A stretch of DNA of 64,000 nucleotides, from contig CAVTEN010000010.1 of assembly GCA_963733715.1 (NCBI GenBank), positions 8,520 to 72,519 of the forward strand, read 5' to 3'. The notes under the pieces are model-generated. The model did not search any database. It worked only from the letters and a program-made list of their open reading frames with translations, and was not told the origin of the DNA. A program made the position numbers and the translations under genes. This DNA is from an uncultured delta proteobacterium. Lineage in GTDB: Bacteria; Desulfobacterota; Binatia; Binatales; Binataceae. Position 1 is the stretch's first letter. Every line of letters begins with the position of its first letter. This document shows positions 1 through 10,470 of the stretch, one piece after another.

Positions 1-341
1 TCAACCCGACGACCGATCGAATCACGCTCGACGGCATCGCGGACATCGACGCGGCCGAGGCGCTCAGGGGCGCGGTCGTGATGCTCGCGACGGAGGACGT
101 CCCGCCCGCGAAGCCGGGCGAGTTCTACTATTACGAAGCGATCGGATGCGAGGTTTTTCTGACCGACGGCACCCGCCTCGGTGCGATCGAGGAAGTTTTC
201 TCGAACGGCGCGCAGGACATCTGGGTGGTGCGCGACAGCGAGCGCGAAGTGCTGGTCCCTGTTATCGAGGACGTCGTCAAGTCGATGGACCTCGCGGGCC
301 GGCGCGTCACCATCGAGGCAATTCCCGGCCTGCTCGACTGA
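1..341 (+). CDS. rimM: 16S rRNA processing protein RimM, 3' portion (5' end lies outside window)
   Basis: Frame is open from the window edge to the stop at 341; C-terminus is PRC-barrel-like; the rimM-trmD-rplS order is conserved. Confidence 0.7.
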   Translation, partial: NPTTDRITLDGIADIDAAEALRGAVVMLATEDVPPAKPGEFYYYEAIGCEVFLTDGTRLGAIEEVFSNGAQDIWVVRDSEREVLVPVIEDVVKSMDLAGRRVTIEAIPGLLD

Positions 342-387
342 CCATCTGGCTCCAGGCGACTCACCCGGATAGATTTGGATTCGCCCG

Positions 388-1074
388 ATGGAATTTCACG
401 TAATCACCCTGTTCCCCGAGATGTTCGAGTCGCCGTTTCGCGGCGGCATGATCGGACGCGCCGTCGAGCAGGGAATAATCGCAATCAAGGCGCATCCGCT
501 GCGCGAGCACGGCCTCGGCAACTATCGGCAAGTCGATGACGCTCCGTACGGCGGCGGCAGCGGGATGGTGATGCGACCGGAGCCGATTGCCGCGGCGATC
601 GACGCGGTCGACGCGCAGCGGCCGGGCCTGTGGCGCATCCTGATGACGCCGCAGGGCGAAGTGTTCGACAACTCGATGGCGCGCGATCTCGCCAAGCGCG
701 CGCCCGGCCTGATGATCGTCGCGGGACGCTACGAAGGAATCGACGAGCGGGTGCGCTCGCTGGTCGACCAGGAAATTTCGATCGGCGACTACGTGCTGAG
801 CGGCGGCGAAATCCCCGCGATGGCGGTGATCGAGGCGGTCGGCAGGATGCTTCCGGGCGTGCTCGGCAATCCCGAGTCGCTCGACGAGGAATCGTTCGCC
901 GCCGGGATGCTCGAGTATCCGCAATACACGCGGCCCGAGGAGTTTCGCGGCATGACGGTGCCGGAAATCCTGCTGAGCGGCGACCACGGCAAGATTCGCG
1001 CGTGGCGCGAGGCCGAAGCAAAACGGCGCACCGCGCGGCGGCGTCCCGACCTGCTCGAACGCCGCAAGTTCTGA
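388..1074 (+). CDS. trmD: tRNA (guanine37-N1)-methyltransferase TrmD
   Basis: 228 aa; N-terminus MEFHVITLFPEMFESPFRGGMIGRA and GGGSGMVM motif are typical of TrmD. Confidence 0.9.
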   Translation: MEFHVITLFPEMFESPFRGGMIGRAVEQGIIAIKAHPLREHGLGNYRQVDDAPYGGGSGMVMRPEPIAAAIDAVDAQRPGLWRILMTPQGEVFDNSMARDLAKRAPGLMIVAGRYEGIDERVRSLVDQEISIGDYVLSGGEIPAMAVIEAVGRMLPGVLGNPESLDEESFAAGMLEYPQYTRPEEFRGMTVPEILLSGDHGKIRAWREAEAKRRTARRRPDLLERRKF

Positions 1075-1093
1075 ATGTGCAAATTCTGAAGAC

Positions 1094-1651
1094 GTGAATG
1101 ACCTTTTCGTAGCGCTGATTCATCATCCGGTCGTCAATCGCAACGCGGAGATCGTAACGTCGGCGATCACCAGCCTCGACATTCACGACATCGCGCGCGC
1201 GTCGCGAACCTACGACGTGCGCGGCGTGTTCATCGTGCATCCGATTCCCGAGCAGCGGAAATTCGCCGCGAGCGTGATCGATCACTGGCGCTTCGACTTC
1301 GGCCGCGCGCACGATTCGCGCCGTCGCGAGGCGCTCGAGCGCGTGCAAATCGTCGCGGAGCTCGACGACGCAATCGCGGAGGCATCGCGAATCTCCGGCG
1401 CGCGCCCGCTCATCGTGCACACCTCCGCCCGCACCGAAGGCGGCACCAGCTACGCCGATTTGCGCGCGCGGCTGGAAGCTCCAGACGCACCGCCAATGAT
1501 GATCCTGCTAGGCACAGGCTTCGGAATGTCGCCCGAGGTCGCCAAACGCGCCGACATCATACTCGCGCCGATAATCGGCCCCGGCGACTACAATCACCTG
1601 TCAGTGCGCTCCGCCGCAGGAATCATTCTGGATCGCCTCCGCGGCAAGTAA
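1094..1651 (+). CDS. Uncharacterized SPOUT-fold RNA-methyltransferase-like protein (COG4752-like), inserted between trmD and rplS
   Basis: 185-aa intact ORF; sequence recalls the predicted RNA-methyltransferase family often found next to trmD; assigned from memory of that family only. Confidence 0.4.
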   Translation: MNDLFVALIHHPVVNRNAEIVTSAITSLDIHDIARASRTYDVRGVFIVHPIPEQRKFAASVIDHWRFDFGRAHDSRRREALERVQIVAELDDAIAEASRISGARPLIVHTSARTEGGTSYADLRARLEAPDAPPMMILLGTGFGMSPEVAKRADIILAPIIGPGDYNHLSVRSAAGIILDRLRGK

Positions 1652-1663
1652 GGCGCGCACGTT

Positions 1664-1793
1664 TGCGCTCCTGGCGCCGGCCGCAGGAGCGTCCGTCGAG
1701 ATCTCTTCGTTCCTGACAGCAGCTTTCGCTCAGAATGACACGTTAGGCGACTCGTTTTTTGAGTCATCCTGAGCGCAGCGAAGGATCTCGCGC
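1664..1793. repeat. ~125-bp extragenic imperfect-palindrome repeat, family A, copy 1
   Basis: About 85% identical to 20252..20374; contains long imperfect hairpin TCGCTCAGAATGAC...GTCATCCTGAGCG; lies between convergent genes. Confidence 0.8.
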
Positions 1794-1820
1794 TTCCGGC
1801 GCATATCTCTCCATCACTGC

Positions 1821-2340
1821 TCACGAAGTGAACGCGCGCATCTTAGCTACAAAGCGGCGCATATGCGGATCGGATCGCTCGAACGGAATCTCGTCGAATC
1901 CAAACCATCGCACGCCATGAAACTCGCCGCGATCGAAATCAATCGCGCGCGAGCTGTCGCCGCGCAGCAAATACCAGAGCGACACGTCGGTATGGTCACC
2001 ATCTCCCAAGGTCCGCGTCACCGTGATGAACAACGGGTTCGGCTACGATGAAATCCGCCGCGAGGTTCAGCTCCTCCGCTATCTCTCTGATCACGGTCGC
2101 ACGCGGGTCTTCGTCGGGCTCGACATGGCCTCCGCTCGGCAGCCATAAGCCGGCGAGCTTGTGATCGACGAGCAGCAACTTTCCGCGCCGCTCATCGACG
2201 AGAGCGAAATAACTAACCAGATGCTTGGGCGGAACGTCGGGCTTCAGTCGTCCTGAAAATCGGCGCACCCGACCGAATCCATTCGAGCGTCGAGTCGCGA
2301 TGCTCCCGCTCGAGGTCGTCGAGCGGCTCGATTGCCGCAA
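1821..2340 (-). CDS. NUDIX hydrolase, frameshifted (ORFs 1996..2340 and 1821..2033 overlap in different frames)
   Basis: Upstream ORF carries the NUDIX box GGHVEPDEDPRATVIREIAEELNL; its C-terminal continuation lies in another frame. Confidence 0.6.
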
Positions 2341-2844
2341 CTATTTTGATGATTTTGTCGCGCATTGGATTCGCCATCTGCGCTTACTCGCTAACGAGCT
2401 CTGACGCTGAGAACAAGAACTGCGAACGCTACAATCAGCCCGGCACGTTCTCAGCCAATGGTACTGATCCCAGCGATGCTCCTGCGCTTGCCAGTCTTCC
2501 GGAAGGGATTCCGGCGTCCATTTGGCGATCCTGTTGTTGATGGGCACCGGACCGACGAGCGAAAACACGACCGCGAAGACCTGGATTGTGAAAGCGACTG
2601 CGGCGAAGCGCCATGCGGACTCGTTCAAGTGCTCGAAGGGCAGCAACAATAGAAGATTCAGCAGCGTAGAGCCTGCCATCCAAAACGGCATCACACGACC
2701 AAACAATGCAGCCAACGATGCGCGCATCGGTACGTGTACTTCGAGTGGTTGCCGGTTGAGCATGGGATGCGCGAAAGCCGCCACGTTTAGTTCACTGCCA
2801 CACATCAGGCCAAGCACTAGTACGGCGAGGAGCTGAAGCGTCAT
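2341..2844 (-). CDS. DUF1772-like integral membrane protein (anthrone-oxygenase-like fold)
   Basis: 167 aa with four hydrophobic segments. Confidence 0.45.
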   Translation of the reverse strand: MTLQLLAVLVLGLMCGSELNVAAFAHPMLNRQPLEVHVPMRASLAALFGRVMPFWMAGSTLLNLLLLLPFEHLNESAWRFAAVAFTIQVFAVVFSLVGPVPINNRIAKWTPESLPEDWQAQEHRWDQYHWLRTCRADCSVRSSCSQRQSSLASKRRWRIQCATKSSK

Positions 2845-2966
2845 GGAGAATAAGCCTCCCAGGGGGTTGGATGTTCTGCTGAATAGCCAGCCGCATCAGA
2901 CTCCAACTGACTCTCGACCGATCGACAGGCACCCATTGAGTGCGCGCGCGCATTTGGGTAGGTTAA

Positions 2967-3338
2967 TTGGCTCGACTCGAGGTCTTTTTTTCCATGAATA
3001 CCGTTATCCAGAAGCTCGAAGAGCGGGGCCTGCGCAAGGACCTGCCTGAATTCCGCGTCGGCGACTCGGTTCGCGTTCACGTCAAAGTCGTCGAAGGCGA
3101 AAAAGAGCGCATCCAGTCTTTCGAAGGCATCGTGATCAAAATGAATCGCGGCGCCAACCGCGCGACCTTCACCGTGCGCAAGGTTTCGTACGGCGTCGGC
3201 GTCGAGCGAATATTCCCGATGCATTCGCCGCGAATCGACAAGCTGCAGGTGCTGACGCGAAACCGCGTGCGCCGCGCCCGCCTCTACTATCTGCGCGGAC
3301 TGTCGGGCAAAGCGGCCAGGCTCGACGTCGCGACCTGA
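2967..3338 (+). CDS. rplS: 50S ribosomal protein L19
   Basis: 123 aa, [10 protein letters not shown]...; L19 consensus; follows trmD as expected. Confidence 0.92.
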   Translation: MARLEVFFSMNTVIQKLEERGLRKDLPEFRVGDSVRVHVKVVEGEKERIQSFEGIVIKMNRGANRATFTVRKVSYGVGVERIFPMHSPRIDKLQVLTRNRVRRARLYYLRGLSGKAARLDVAT

Positions 3339-3354
3339 CAGGGCAGTCGTTCAA

Positions 3355-3753
3355 TTATCTGTCGATAGCGTCCGGGGTCAGATCGACGAGTTGCGACATG
3401 CGTACGTTGCCGTCCAGGTAGGCGCCTTCGGCCACCGTCAGGCTGCGCGCCTCGATATTGCCGAAGACCTTGGCGCGCGGCCCGAGCACCACGCGATCGC
3501 ATCCGACGAGGTCCCCGCGCAATTCACCCATTATCAGCAGTCGTGGCGCAGAGACCTTGCCCTCGATCATTCCTTCTTCGCCGACCACGACCAACTCGAC
3601 CGAGCGAACCTCACCGCGGAAGCGGCCCTCGATTCTGACCGCTTCGTGAAAGATCAGTTTGCCCGAGACGTTGACGTTGCGGCCGACTGCGACGCGCGTC
3701 CGCGACTCGGCCCACGCTGCGCCTGCATCCTGCGGTATTTCTCTTGATTCCAT
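3355..3753 (-). CDS. Bactofilin (DUF583) cytoskeletal polymer-forming protein
   Basis: 132 aa beta-helical repeat sequence (VVGEEGMIEGKV...LIMGELRGDLVGCDRVVLGPRAKVFGNIEARSLTVAEGAYLDGNV). Confidence 0.7.
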   Translation of the reverse strand: MESREIPQDAGAAWAESRTRVAVGRNVNVSGKLIFHEAVRIEGRFRGEVRSVELVVVGEEGMIEGKVSAPRLLIMGELRGDLVGCDRVVLGPRAKVFGNIEARSLTVAEGAYLDGNVRMSQLVDLTPDAIDR

Positions 3754-3759
3754 GCACTA

Positions 3760-4740
3760 CTACGGGGCCGGGAATACGTGGCACGACACCGCGTGGCCAC
3801 CGCGCCCGGTCTCCAATTTGGGTTCGACGTTTGCACAGACATCTTTCGCATAAGGACATCGTGGATGGAAGGCGCAGCCGGGTGGCGGATTCATCGGACT
3901 GGGCATTTCGCCGGGCAATTTGATGCGCTCGGGCTTGTGCGCGGTGTCGATCGTCGGAATCGCCGAGAGCAGCGCGCGCGTATAAGGATGCCGCGGGTTC
4001 AGATAAATTTCGTCGCGCGACGCGATTTCGACAATCTTGCCGAGGTACATGATGGCTACGCGATTGCTGATGTGCTCTACCACCCGCAGGTCGTGCGCGA
4101 TGAACAGGTAGGTCAGCTTCAGCTTCTCCTGCAGGTCCTGCAGCAGGTTGATTATTTGCGCCTGGATCGAGACGTCGAGCGCCGAGACCGGCTCGTCGAG
4201 CACCAGGAAGCGCGGATTCACCGCGAGCGCCCGCGCGATTCCGATTCGCTGGCGCTGCCCGCCGGAGAACTCGTGGGGCAAACGATCCATCGCGTCGGCG
4301 CTCATCCCGACCATCGCGAGCAGCTCGGCGATTCGCCGCTCCTTTTCCGCGCCGCGCGCGAGTTTGTGAATCTCGATTCCTTCGCCGACGATCGAGCGTA
4401 CGCGCATGCGCGGATTCAACGATGCATACGGGTCCTGAAATACCAGCTGCATCTGCTGGCGCAGCGTGCGAAGTTCGGCGCGGCCAAGCGTCGAGAGATC
4501 GCGGCCGTCGAAATAGACGGCGCCCTGGGTCGGCTCGAGCAGTTTCAGAATCAGCCGCCCCAGCGTCGATTTGCCTGAGCCCGACTCTCCCACCAATCCG
4601 AGAGTCTCGCCCGGCTGAATCTCCAGGTTGACGCCCGCCACCGCTTTTATCGAAAGTTTTGTTCCGCCGATAATCCCGGTCGATCCCGCGGGAAACTCCT
4701 TGCTGAGATTCACGACGCGAACCAGCGCCGGAGACAGCAT
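3760..4740 (-). CDS. oppF: Oligopeptide/dipeptide ABC transporter ATP-binding protein (OppF/DppF type)
   Basis: Walker [13 protein letters not shown] signature LSGGQRQR, C-terminal oligopeptide-ABC extension. Confidence 0.88.
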   Translation of the reverse strand: MLSPALVRVVNLSKEFPAGSTGIIGGTKLSIKAVAGVNLEIQPGETLGLVGESGSGKSTLGRLILKLLEPTQGAVYFDGRDLSTLGRAELRTLRQQMQLVFQDPYASLNPRMRVRSIVGEGIEIHKLARGAEKERRIAELLAMVGMSADAMDRLPHEFSGGQRQRIGIARALAVNPRFLVLDEPVSALDVSIQAQIINLLQDLQEKLKLTYLFIAHDLRVVEHISNRVAIMYLGKIVEIASRDEIYLNPRHPYTRALLSAIPTIDTAHKPERIKLPGEMPSPMNPPPGCAFHPRCPYAKDVCANVEPKLETGRGGHAVSCHVFPAP

Positions 4741-4760
4741 TTCCGGCGGAGGCGATGGGA

Positions 4761-5723
4761 CTAGGCGCGGATGCAGGCGACATAGTGGTCGGGAGCCTTG
4801 TTTTCCAGCGGTGGATCAACCTCGGAGCATTTGGGAATTGCGCGCGGGCATCGCGGATGGAATCTGCAACCGGCCGGTGGATTCAGCGAGCTCGGAATCG
4901 AGCCGGGAATCGCCTGCAAGCGATGGTGCCGGCTGCCGTCGATGCCGGGAATCGATTCGAGCAATCCGCGCGTGTACGGGTTGAGCGGATTTCGAAACAG
5001 CTCCGCACTCGGCGCCTGCTCCATCACGCGCGCCGCGTAGAGAATCGTCACGTCATCGGCATACTCGGAGACGATTCCGAGATCGTGCGTGACGAGAATC
5101 ACGGCGAGCCCGAGCCGCACCTGCAACTCGCGGATCAGATCGAGAATCTGCGCCTGGATCGTCACGTCGAGCGCTGTGGTCGGCTCGTCCGCGATCAGCA
5201 GCCGCGGATTGCACGACAGCGCCATCGCGATCATCACGCGCTGGCGCATCCCGCCGGACAGTTGATGCGGATAGTCGTCGATACGCCGCTCGGGGTCGGC
5301 AATCCCGACCATCCGGAGCGCCTCGATAGTGCGATTGCGCGTCTCGGCGCGATTGGTGTGCTGATGCAGCCGGACGGCCTCGCCAATCTGGCTGCCGATG
5401 GTGAAGACCGGGTTCAGCGACGTCATCGGCTCCTGGAAGATCATCGCAATCCGCGCGCCGCGGACGTGGCGCATCTCGGGTTCGCTGAGCTTCAGAAGAT
5501 CCTGGTCCTCGAAAATAACTTCGCCGCCGACGATTCGCGCCGACTCGGGCAGCAGCCGCATGATCGAGAGCACGCTCGCGGTCTTACCCGAGCCCGACTC
5601 GCCGACGATCCCCAACAGCTTCCCCGGCGCGACGGAAAAACTGACGCCATCCACCGCGCGCACCTCTCCCGCATCGGTGAAGAACGAAGTGCGCAGCGAT
5701 TTAACTTCGAGCAGAGGCTTCAC
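4761..5723 (-). CDS. oppD: Oligopeptide/dipeptide ABC transporter ATP-binding protein (OppD/DppD type)
   Basis: Walker [17 protein letters not shown] signature, C-terminal CxxHxC-type extension. Confidence 0.88.
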   Translation of the reverse strand: MKPLLEVKSLRTSFFTDAGEVRAVDGVSFSVAPGKLLGIVGESGSGKTASVLSIMRLLPESARIVGGEVIFEDQDLLKLSEPEMRHVRGARIAMIFQEPMTSLNPVFTIGSQIGEAVRLHQHTNRAETRNRTIEALRMVGIADPERRIDDYPHQLSGGMRQRVMIAMALSCNPRLLIADEPTTALDVTIQAQILDLIRELQVRLGLAVILVTHDLGIVSEYADDVTILYAARVMEQAPSAELFRNPLNPYTRGLLESIPGIDGSRHHRLQAIPGSIPSSLNPPAGCRFHPRCPRAIPKCSEVDPPLENKAPDHYVACIRA

Positions 5724-5743
5724 GTGATACTCAGCGTATCAGA

Positions 5744-6826
5744 TCAACCAGCGTTGGCGGGATCGAGGCGGTCGCGCAGGTGGTCGCCTAGAAAATTGAA
5801 GGACATCACGGCCAGGAAAATGAATATGCCGGGGATCAGAATCCACGGATAGCGCGCGAGGTTCTGGACGTCCTGCGCCTGCGCGAGCAGGTTGCCCCAG
5901 CTTGCGGCTGGTTCCTGGATGCCGAGACCCAGAAGCGAGAGCGCGCTTTCGCCGAGGATGAAGCCGGGGATCGAGAGCGTGGCGGCGACGATCGCGTAGC
6001 CCATCACCGACGGGATGATGTGGCGCGTGATGATGCGCCATCGCGACGCGCCCAGCGCGCGGGCCGCCTCGACGTACGGACGCGAGCGCACGGAAGACGC
6101 CATCCCGCGGATGATTCGTGCAAAGCCGGCCCAGCTAATGAAGCTCATGATCGCGACGATCATGAAAAACGTCGTGACCGCGCTCAGCCCCGACGGAATC
6201 ACCGCCGCCAGCGCGAGCAGGAAATAAAATGACGGCAGCGACATCTCGATCTCCGACCATCGCATGATCAGGAAATCGACCGTCCCGCCGATGTAGCCGG
6301 AGAGCGCGCCAACCGTGATGCCGAGTGAAAAACTGATCAGCACGCCGATCAGGCCGACGCACATGCTGACGCGCGAGCCGTAAACGATTCGCGAGTAGAG
6401 GTCGCGGCCGAGGCCGTCGCTGCCGAGCATGAAGTACGGCTCGCTCTCGCTGTCAGTGGTGAACAGGTGCCCGTGCGAGAACAGATGGATGTCGAGGCGC
6501 TGGGAATTGTCGGCGGCGAAGGTGCGCGCACTCTTGTCCAGCATGTGCATCGGATGCGTGTAGAAGAGACTGCGCGACCATTCGGACGGCGCACTCACGT
6601 GAAGCGACATGGGCGGACAATCGGGCATCTCGCGGTTCTGATAAGCCGGATCGTAACTCGCAAAAAATGGCGACGCGGCTGCGAGCAGGTAGAAGAGCGT
6701 CAGGCAGATCGCGGAAAAGCGGACCGTCCGCGACGCGAGATGCCATTCGCGCGCGAGACTCGAAGGCTTGCGCGCGGATACCTCGGCGCCCTGGAGATTC
6801 ACCTGCAAGCTTGGGACTGCGTTCAT
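5744..6826 (-). CDS. oppC: Oligopeptide ABC transporter permease (OppC/DppC type) with long N-terminal extension
   Basis: BPD_transp_1 EAA-like motif region ...EAARALGASRWRIITRHIIPS... Confidence 0.85.
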   Translation of the reverse strand: MNAVPSLQVNLQGAEVSARKPSSLAREWHLASRTVRFSAICLTLFYLLAAASPFFASYDPAYQNREMPDCPPMSLHVSAPSEWSRSLFYTHPMHMLDKSARTFAADNSQRLDIHLFSHGHLFTTDSESEPYFMLGSDGLGRDLYSRIVYGSRVSMCVGLIGVLISFSLGITVGALSGYIGGTVDFLIMRWSEIEMSLPSFYFLLALAAVIPSGLSAVTTFFMIVAIMSFISWAGFARIIRGMASSVRSRPYVEAARALGASRWRIITRHIIPSVMGYAIVAATLSIPGFILGESALSLLGLGIQEPAASWGNLLAQAQDVQNLARYPWILIPGIFIFLAVMSFNFLGDHLRDRLDPANAG

Positions 6827-6827
6827 G

Positions 6828-7808
6828 CTACTCGGCCGTCACCGATGAAAAATCGACGCGCGGATCGACCGCGACCAGTAAGATGTCGGCGAGCAGGTTG
6901 CCGACCAGCAGCAGGATCGTGCCCATCAGCACCGAGCCCATCACCAGGTAGATGTCGAGCGAGCGCACTGCGTCGAGCATCAGCAGCCCGAGCCCTTGCA
7001 GGTTCATCACGGCCTCGACCAGCGCGGCGCCTCCGAGCAGGTCGCCGAGCGAATATCCCGCCATCGTGACGAATGGGTTCATCGCGTTGCGCAGCACGTG
7101 CTTGTAGATCACCACGCGCTCGGAAAGTCCCTTGGCGCGCGCGGTGCGCACAAATTCCGAGTTTTTAATTTCGAGAATCTGCGATCGCATCAGGCGCATC
7201 AGCCCCGCGGTCCCCGAGATGCCGAGCACGAGGACCGGCAGGATGAGATGGTTGACGCGATCGGCAACCTGGCTCATCGGATCGAGCGTCGCGTAGTCGG
7301 GCGAGTAGGTGCCGCCAATCGGAAACCATCCGGTCCTCAGTGCGAAGTACATCGCGAGGAACGCGAGAAAAAAGCTCGGCACCGACATCCCGAAGAACGC
7401 GAGGAACGAAAGGAAGCGGTCCCAGATCGAGTTCTGATTCACCGCAACAATAATTCCGATCGGTATCGCGATCAGCCACGACAAAAGCATGCTGCTCGCC
7501 GCCAGGATGATCGTGTTGAAGGCGCGAGTCGCGATCAGTCCGGTGACGCTCACGCGGTACTGGAGCGAGAAGCCGAAGTTAAGATGCAGCACGCCCCACA
7601 GCCACTTGAAGTATCGGACCATCAGCGGCTGATCGAGGCCGAACTGCGCCTCGAGCTGGTGAATCACTTCGGGCGTGATAGTCGGGTTGAGCTTGAGATT
7701 GGAGACGAAGTCGCCCGGCACCAACGACATCGCGAGAAACGAGATGAACGTGATCCCGAGGATCAGCGGGATCATGTTGAGCAGGCGACGGATCAGGAAG
7801 CGGGTCAT
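6828..7808 (-). CDS. oppB: Oligopeptide ABC transporter permease (OppB/DppB type)
   Basis: MTRFLIRRLLNMIPLILGITFISFLAM... is a typical OppB N-terminus. Confidence 0.88.
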   Translation of the reverse strand: MTRFLIRRLLNMIPLILGITFISFLAMSLVPGDFVSNLKLNPTITPEVIHQLEAQFGLDQPLMVRYFKWLWGVLHLNFGFSLQYRVSVTGLIATRAFNTIILAASSMLLSWLIAIPIGIIVAVNQNSIWDRFLSFLAFFGMSVPSFFLAFLAMYFALRTGWFPIGGTYSPDYATLDPMSQVADRVNHLILPVLVLGISGTAGLMRLMRSQILEIKNSEFVRTARAKGLSERVVIYKHVLRNAMNPFVTMAGYSLGDLLGGAALVEAVMNLQGLGLLMLDAVRSLDIYLVMGSVLMGTILLLVGNLLADILLVAVDPRVDFSSVTAE

Positions 7809-7854
7809 CGTGTGATGGTGCCTGTTATTTCGACGTGCGCGCGGCGCCGGATGT

Positions 7855-9596
7855 TCAGTCGGCTTTGAATTCCATCCATTCGGGATGGTAGGTGCCCCAC
7901 ACCTTCGGCTGGTAGTTAATCAGAGAGTTTTTCCACGACGCGTAACGCTGCCCGCGCACCGTTTCGATTATCGGCAACTGGTCGTGAAGGATTTGCTGAA
8001 TTTTCCAGTAGTACGGCGCGCGCTTGTTGGGATCCATCTCGGAGGCGCCCTGGTCAAGCAGCGTGTCGATCTCTGCCTCCCACGGCGTGGCGGGCGTCGG
8101 CTGATTCGGATCCCAGATATGCAGGTTGCCGGATGAGCGATAGAAATTCGCGCCATCGTTCGGCTCGGGCCCGCCGGTGAATCCCATCAGGATGCAATCC
8201 CAATCGAAAGACGAATCGAGCTTGTCCACCAGCGTGGTGAACTCGAGCGGCCGGTAGTTCACCTTGATGCCGAGGCGTTCGAGGTCCTGCTTGAAGATGG
8301 TGCACATCTCGTTGCGCTCGGGGTTGCCGGTGTTGGTAGTGAGATCGAATTCGAGACGATTGCCCTTCGGATCGGTCCGCACGCCGGGCTTTGCGAGATG
8401 ATAGCCGGCTGACTCGAGCATGTCGGCGGCGAGTTTTGGATCGTAGTCGTAGTCCTTGAGATTGGGATTGGAAAAAACTTTGTTCTCGGGCGAGATATCC
8501 GCTACGGCCGACTCCCCGAGACCATGAAAGACAAGATCGATCATCGATTTCTTGTCGACCATGTGCGCCATCGCCTGCAGGAACTTCAGATCGGTGAACC
8601 AATTGAGCTTCGGATTGGTGATCCCGCCTTTTGTGAAGTGTCGCGGATTGCGATTGAAGCTGAAGAACAGCGAACCCGTGTCCACTCCGATTTTTTGCAC
8701 GGTGATGTCGAGTTCGTGGTTCTTCACCTTCTGCTCGAGCGGGAAAACTTCCTCCGCGCGCGGACTATAGGTGTCGATTTGCCCCGACAGGTAGCGCAGA
8801 TACTCCGCGTTCTGGTCGGGCACGATCGTGACGGTCTGTCCATGCAGTCGCGGCAGCTGACCGCCGTGCTCGTCCTTCATCCAATAGTTTTCGTTGCGAT
8901 CGTAGCGAACGACCTGGCCCTGCGTGTAATGCGTCATGTGATACGGGCCGTTACCGACCAGCTTATCCGGCGAAGTGTCGATGCCCCAGGTATGGTTGTA
9001 ATTTCCCGCCTTCCACACCGGCTCCAGGATGTGCGCCGGCATGACGGGAATGCCGATTGAATAGAGCAGCGGAGCAAACGGCTTCGGCAGATGCATCACG
9101 ACGGTGTAATCGTCGGGCGCCTCGGCGGCGATGCGCTGATGGTCGATCGTAATCGCGGGCCGGATGCTGTTGGGCACCTTCGGATCGTAAATGACGTCGA
9201 GCGTGAACAGCACGTCGTGCGCAGTGAAGGGCTGGCCGTCAAACCATTTCACGTCGTGTCGGAGATGAAACGTGATCGACTTGCTGTCGGGCGCGATGTC
9301 CCATTTCTCGGCCAGACCCGCCTCGGGCAGGGTGGTGACGTGGGTTCAGCCGGAGCAGGCTCTCGAACAGATCACCTGTGAGCGCGCTCGAGCTGGCATC
9401 GGTGATCAGAATCGGATTGAAGGTGCGCGGATCGCTGCCGATAACGGTGTAGAGAATTTGACTCTTTTCGTGATCGTTGCCGGGCCGGTTGACGCGGCAT
9501 CCAGCGAAAAATCGCAAGCGATGCGAGCGCAATCGCGCAGGTTACTACCTGCAAAATCAGGTTGCGCCGGCTTTCAGCTTTCATTTGAAAACGCGC
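7855..9596 (-). CDS. oppA: Oligopeptide ABC substrate-binding protein (SBP family 5), disrupted by at least two frameshifts (~9338 and ~9488)
   Basis: Signal peptide in ORF 9372..9602, N-terminal YTVIGSDPRTFNPILITDASS in ORF 9239..9532, and the main body (GQPFTAHDVLFT...) in ORF 7855..9252. Confidence 0.7.
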
Positions 9597-10470
9597 TGCC
9601 ATGGTAGAGGCTCAGGTTCATCAGAGTGGCTCCTGGAGCCGGTGTTAGCACGAATGTCGAATCGGGGATGACTCCATTGACGATCGGCCGGAGATAGCGA
9701 AACGTGACGTGGCTGCCGGCCGCCGGAAAAGTCGCGTCGACGACGTACGGGAACATCACTCCGCCGATATCATGATAGTCGCTGTAACGCACTTCGTAGT
9801 TGACGCGGCTGTCGGCTCCCGTCTCCCGCACCATCGCGAGATTGCCGTCGGAAAATCCAAGCTGATGCGTCCCCGACGCCGTGTTGCCAAACGTCGCGAC
9901 GATCATCGCGCCGTCCTTCGACACCGAATCGGGGCTGTTGCCGAGCTCGAACGCGGGCGGCGCGAGTCCCATCAGCAGACCGACCGCGTCCGTCGGCGCC
10001 ATCGGGATTCGCACGTACTTGTAAAGGGTGTCGGAGTCCGCATGACCGCGCATGAAGCGATTCTTACCCGGCTCGAAGATTGTGAGGTCCGGGCCCTGCG
10101 CCGCGAGCAGCAATGCGACGCCGAACGGCGACATCGCCTCGACGCGCAGACTGTCGGGCCGCTTGGCGACGATTTCCTCTTTCGCCTTCACGTGCTGATC
10201 GCCGGCGGTATATTCCATCACGGCCGGACTCTGCACGGATGCGAGCCTTCGGTCGCGCTCCACCAGCGCCCCGATCATCTTTTGAGCCTGAAATTTCAGT
10301 TCGTCCTGGCCCGAGATTGGCGTCGGAACCTGGGGGACGGGCGGGGTACGGACGACTATGCATCCGGACGTTTCGACCATCGCCATCAGGAGTATCGATG
10401 CGAGCGCCGCGAACGAAACTGTTTTTCGTTTTCGTGGCCGCGCCCGTTCAGTGGCCCGCGCTGGCGGCAT
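9574..10470 (-). CDS. LolB-like / DUF4292-like lipoprotein
   Basis: 298 aa with signal peptide and lipobox (..MVETSGC); beta-rich; sits in an operon with the TPR protein upstream. Confidence 0.45.
   Translation of the reverse strand: MPPARATERARPRKRKTVSFAALASILLMAMVETSGCIVVRTPPVPQVPTPISGQDELKFQAQKMIGALVERDRRLASVQSPAVMEYTAGDQHVKAKEEIVAKRPDSLRVEAMSPFGVALLLAAQGPDLTIFEPGKNRFMRGHADSDTLYKYVRIPMAPTDAVGLLMGLAPPAFELGNSPDSVSKDGAMIVATFGNTASGTHQLGFSDGNLAMVRETGADSRVNYEVRYSDYHDIGGVMFPYVVDATFPAAGSHVTFRYLRPIVNGVIPDSTFVLTPAPGATLMNLSLYHGSAFSNES

Noticed and set aside
485-1420. 311-aa antisense ORF across trmD
   Set aside because: Arg/Pro/Ser-rich junk translation opposite a highly conserved gene.
3611-4819. 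402-aa ORF on the minus strand overlapping oppF/oppD in another frame
   Set aside because: Arg/Ala-rich low-complexity translation that is typical of spurious ORFs in high-GC DNA; the same region encodes well-supported ABC ATPases.
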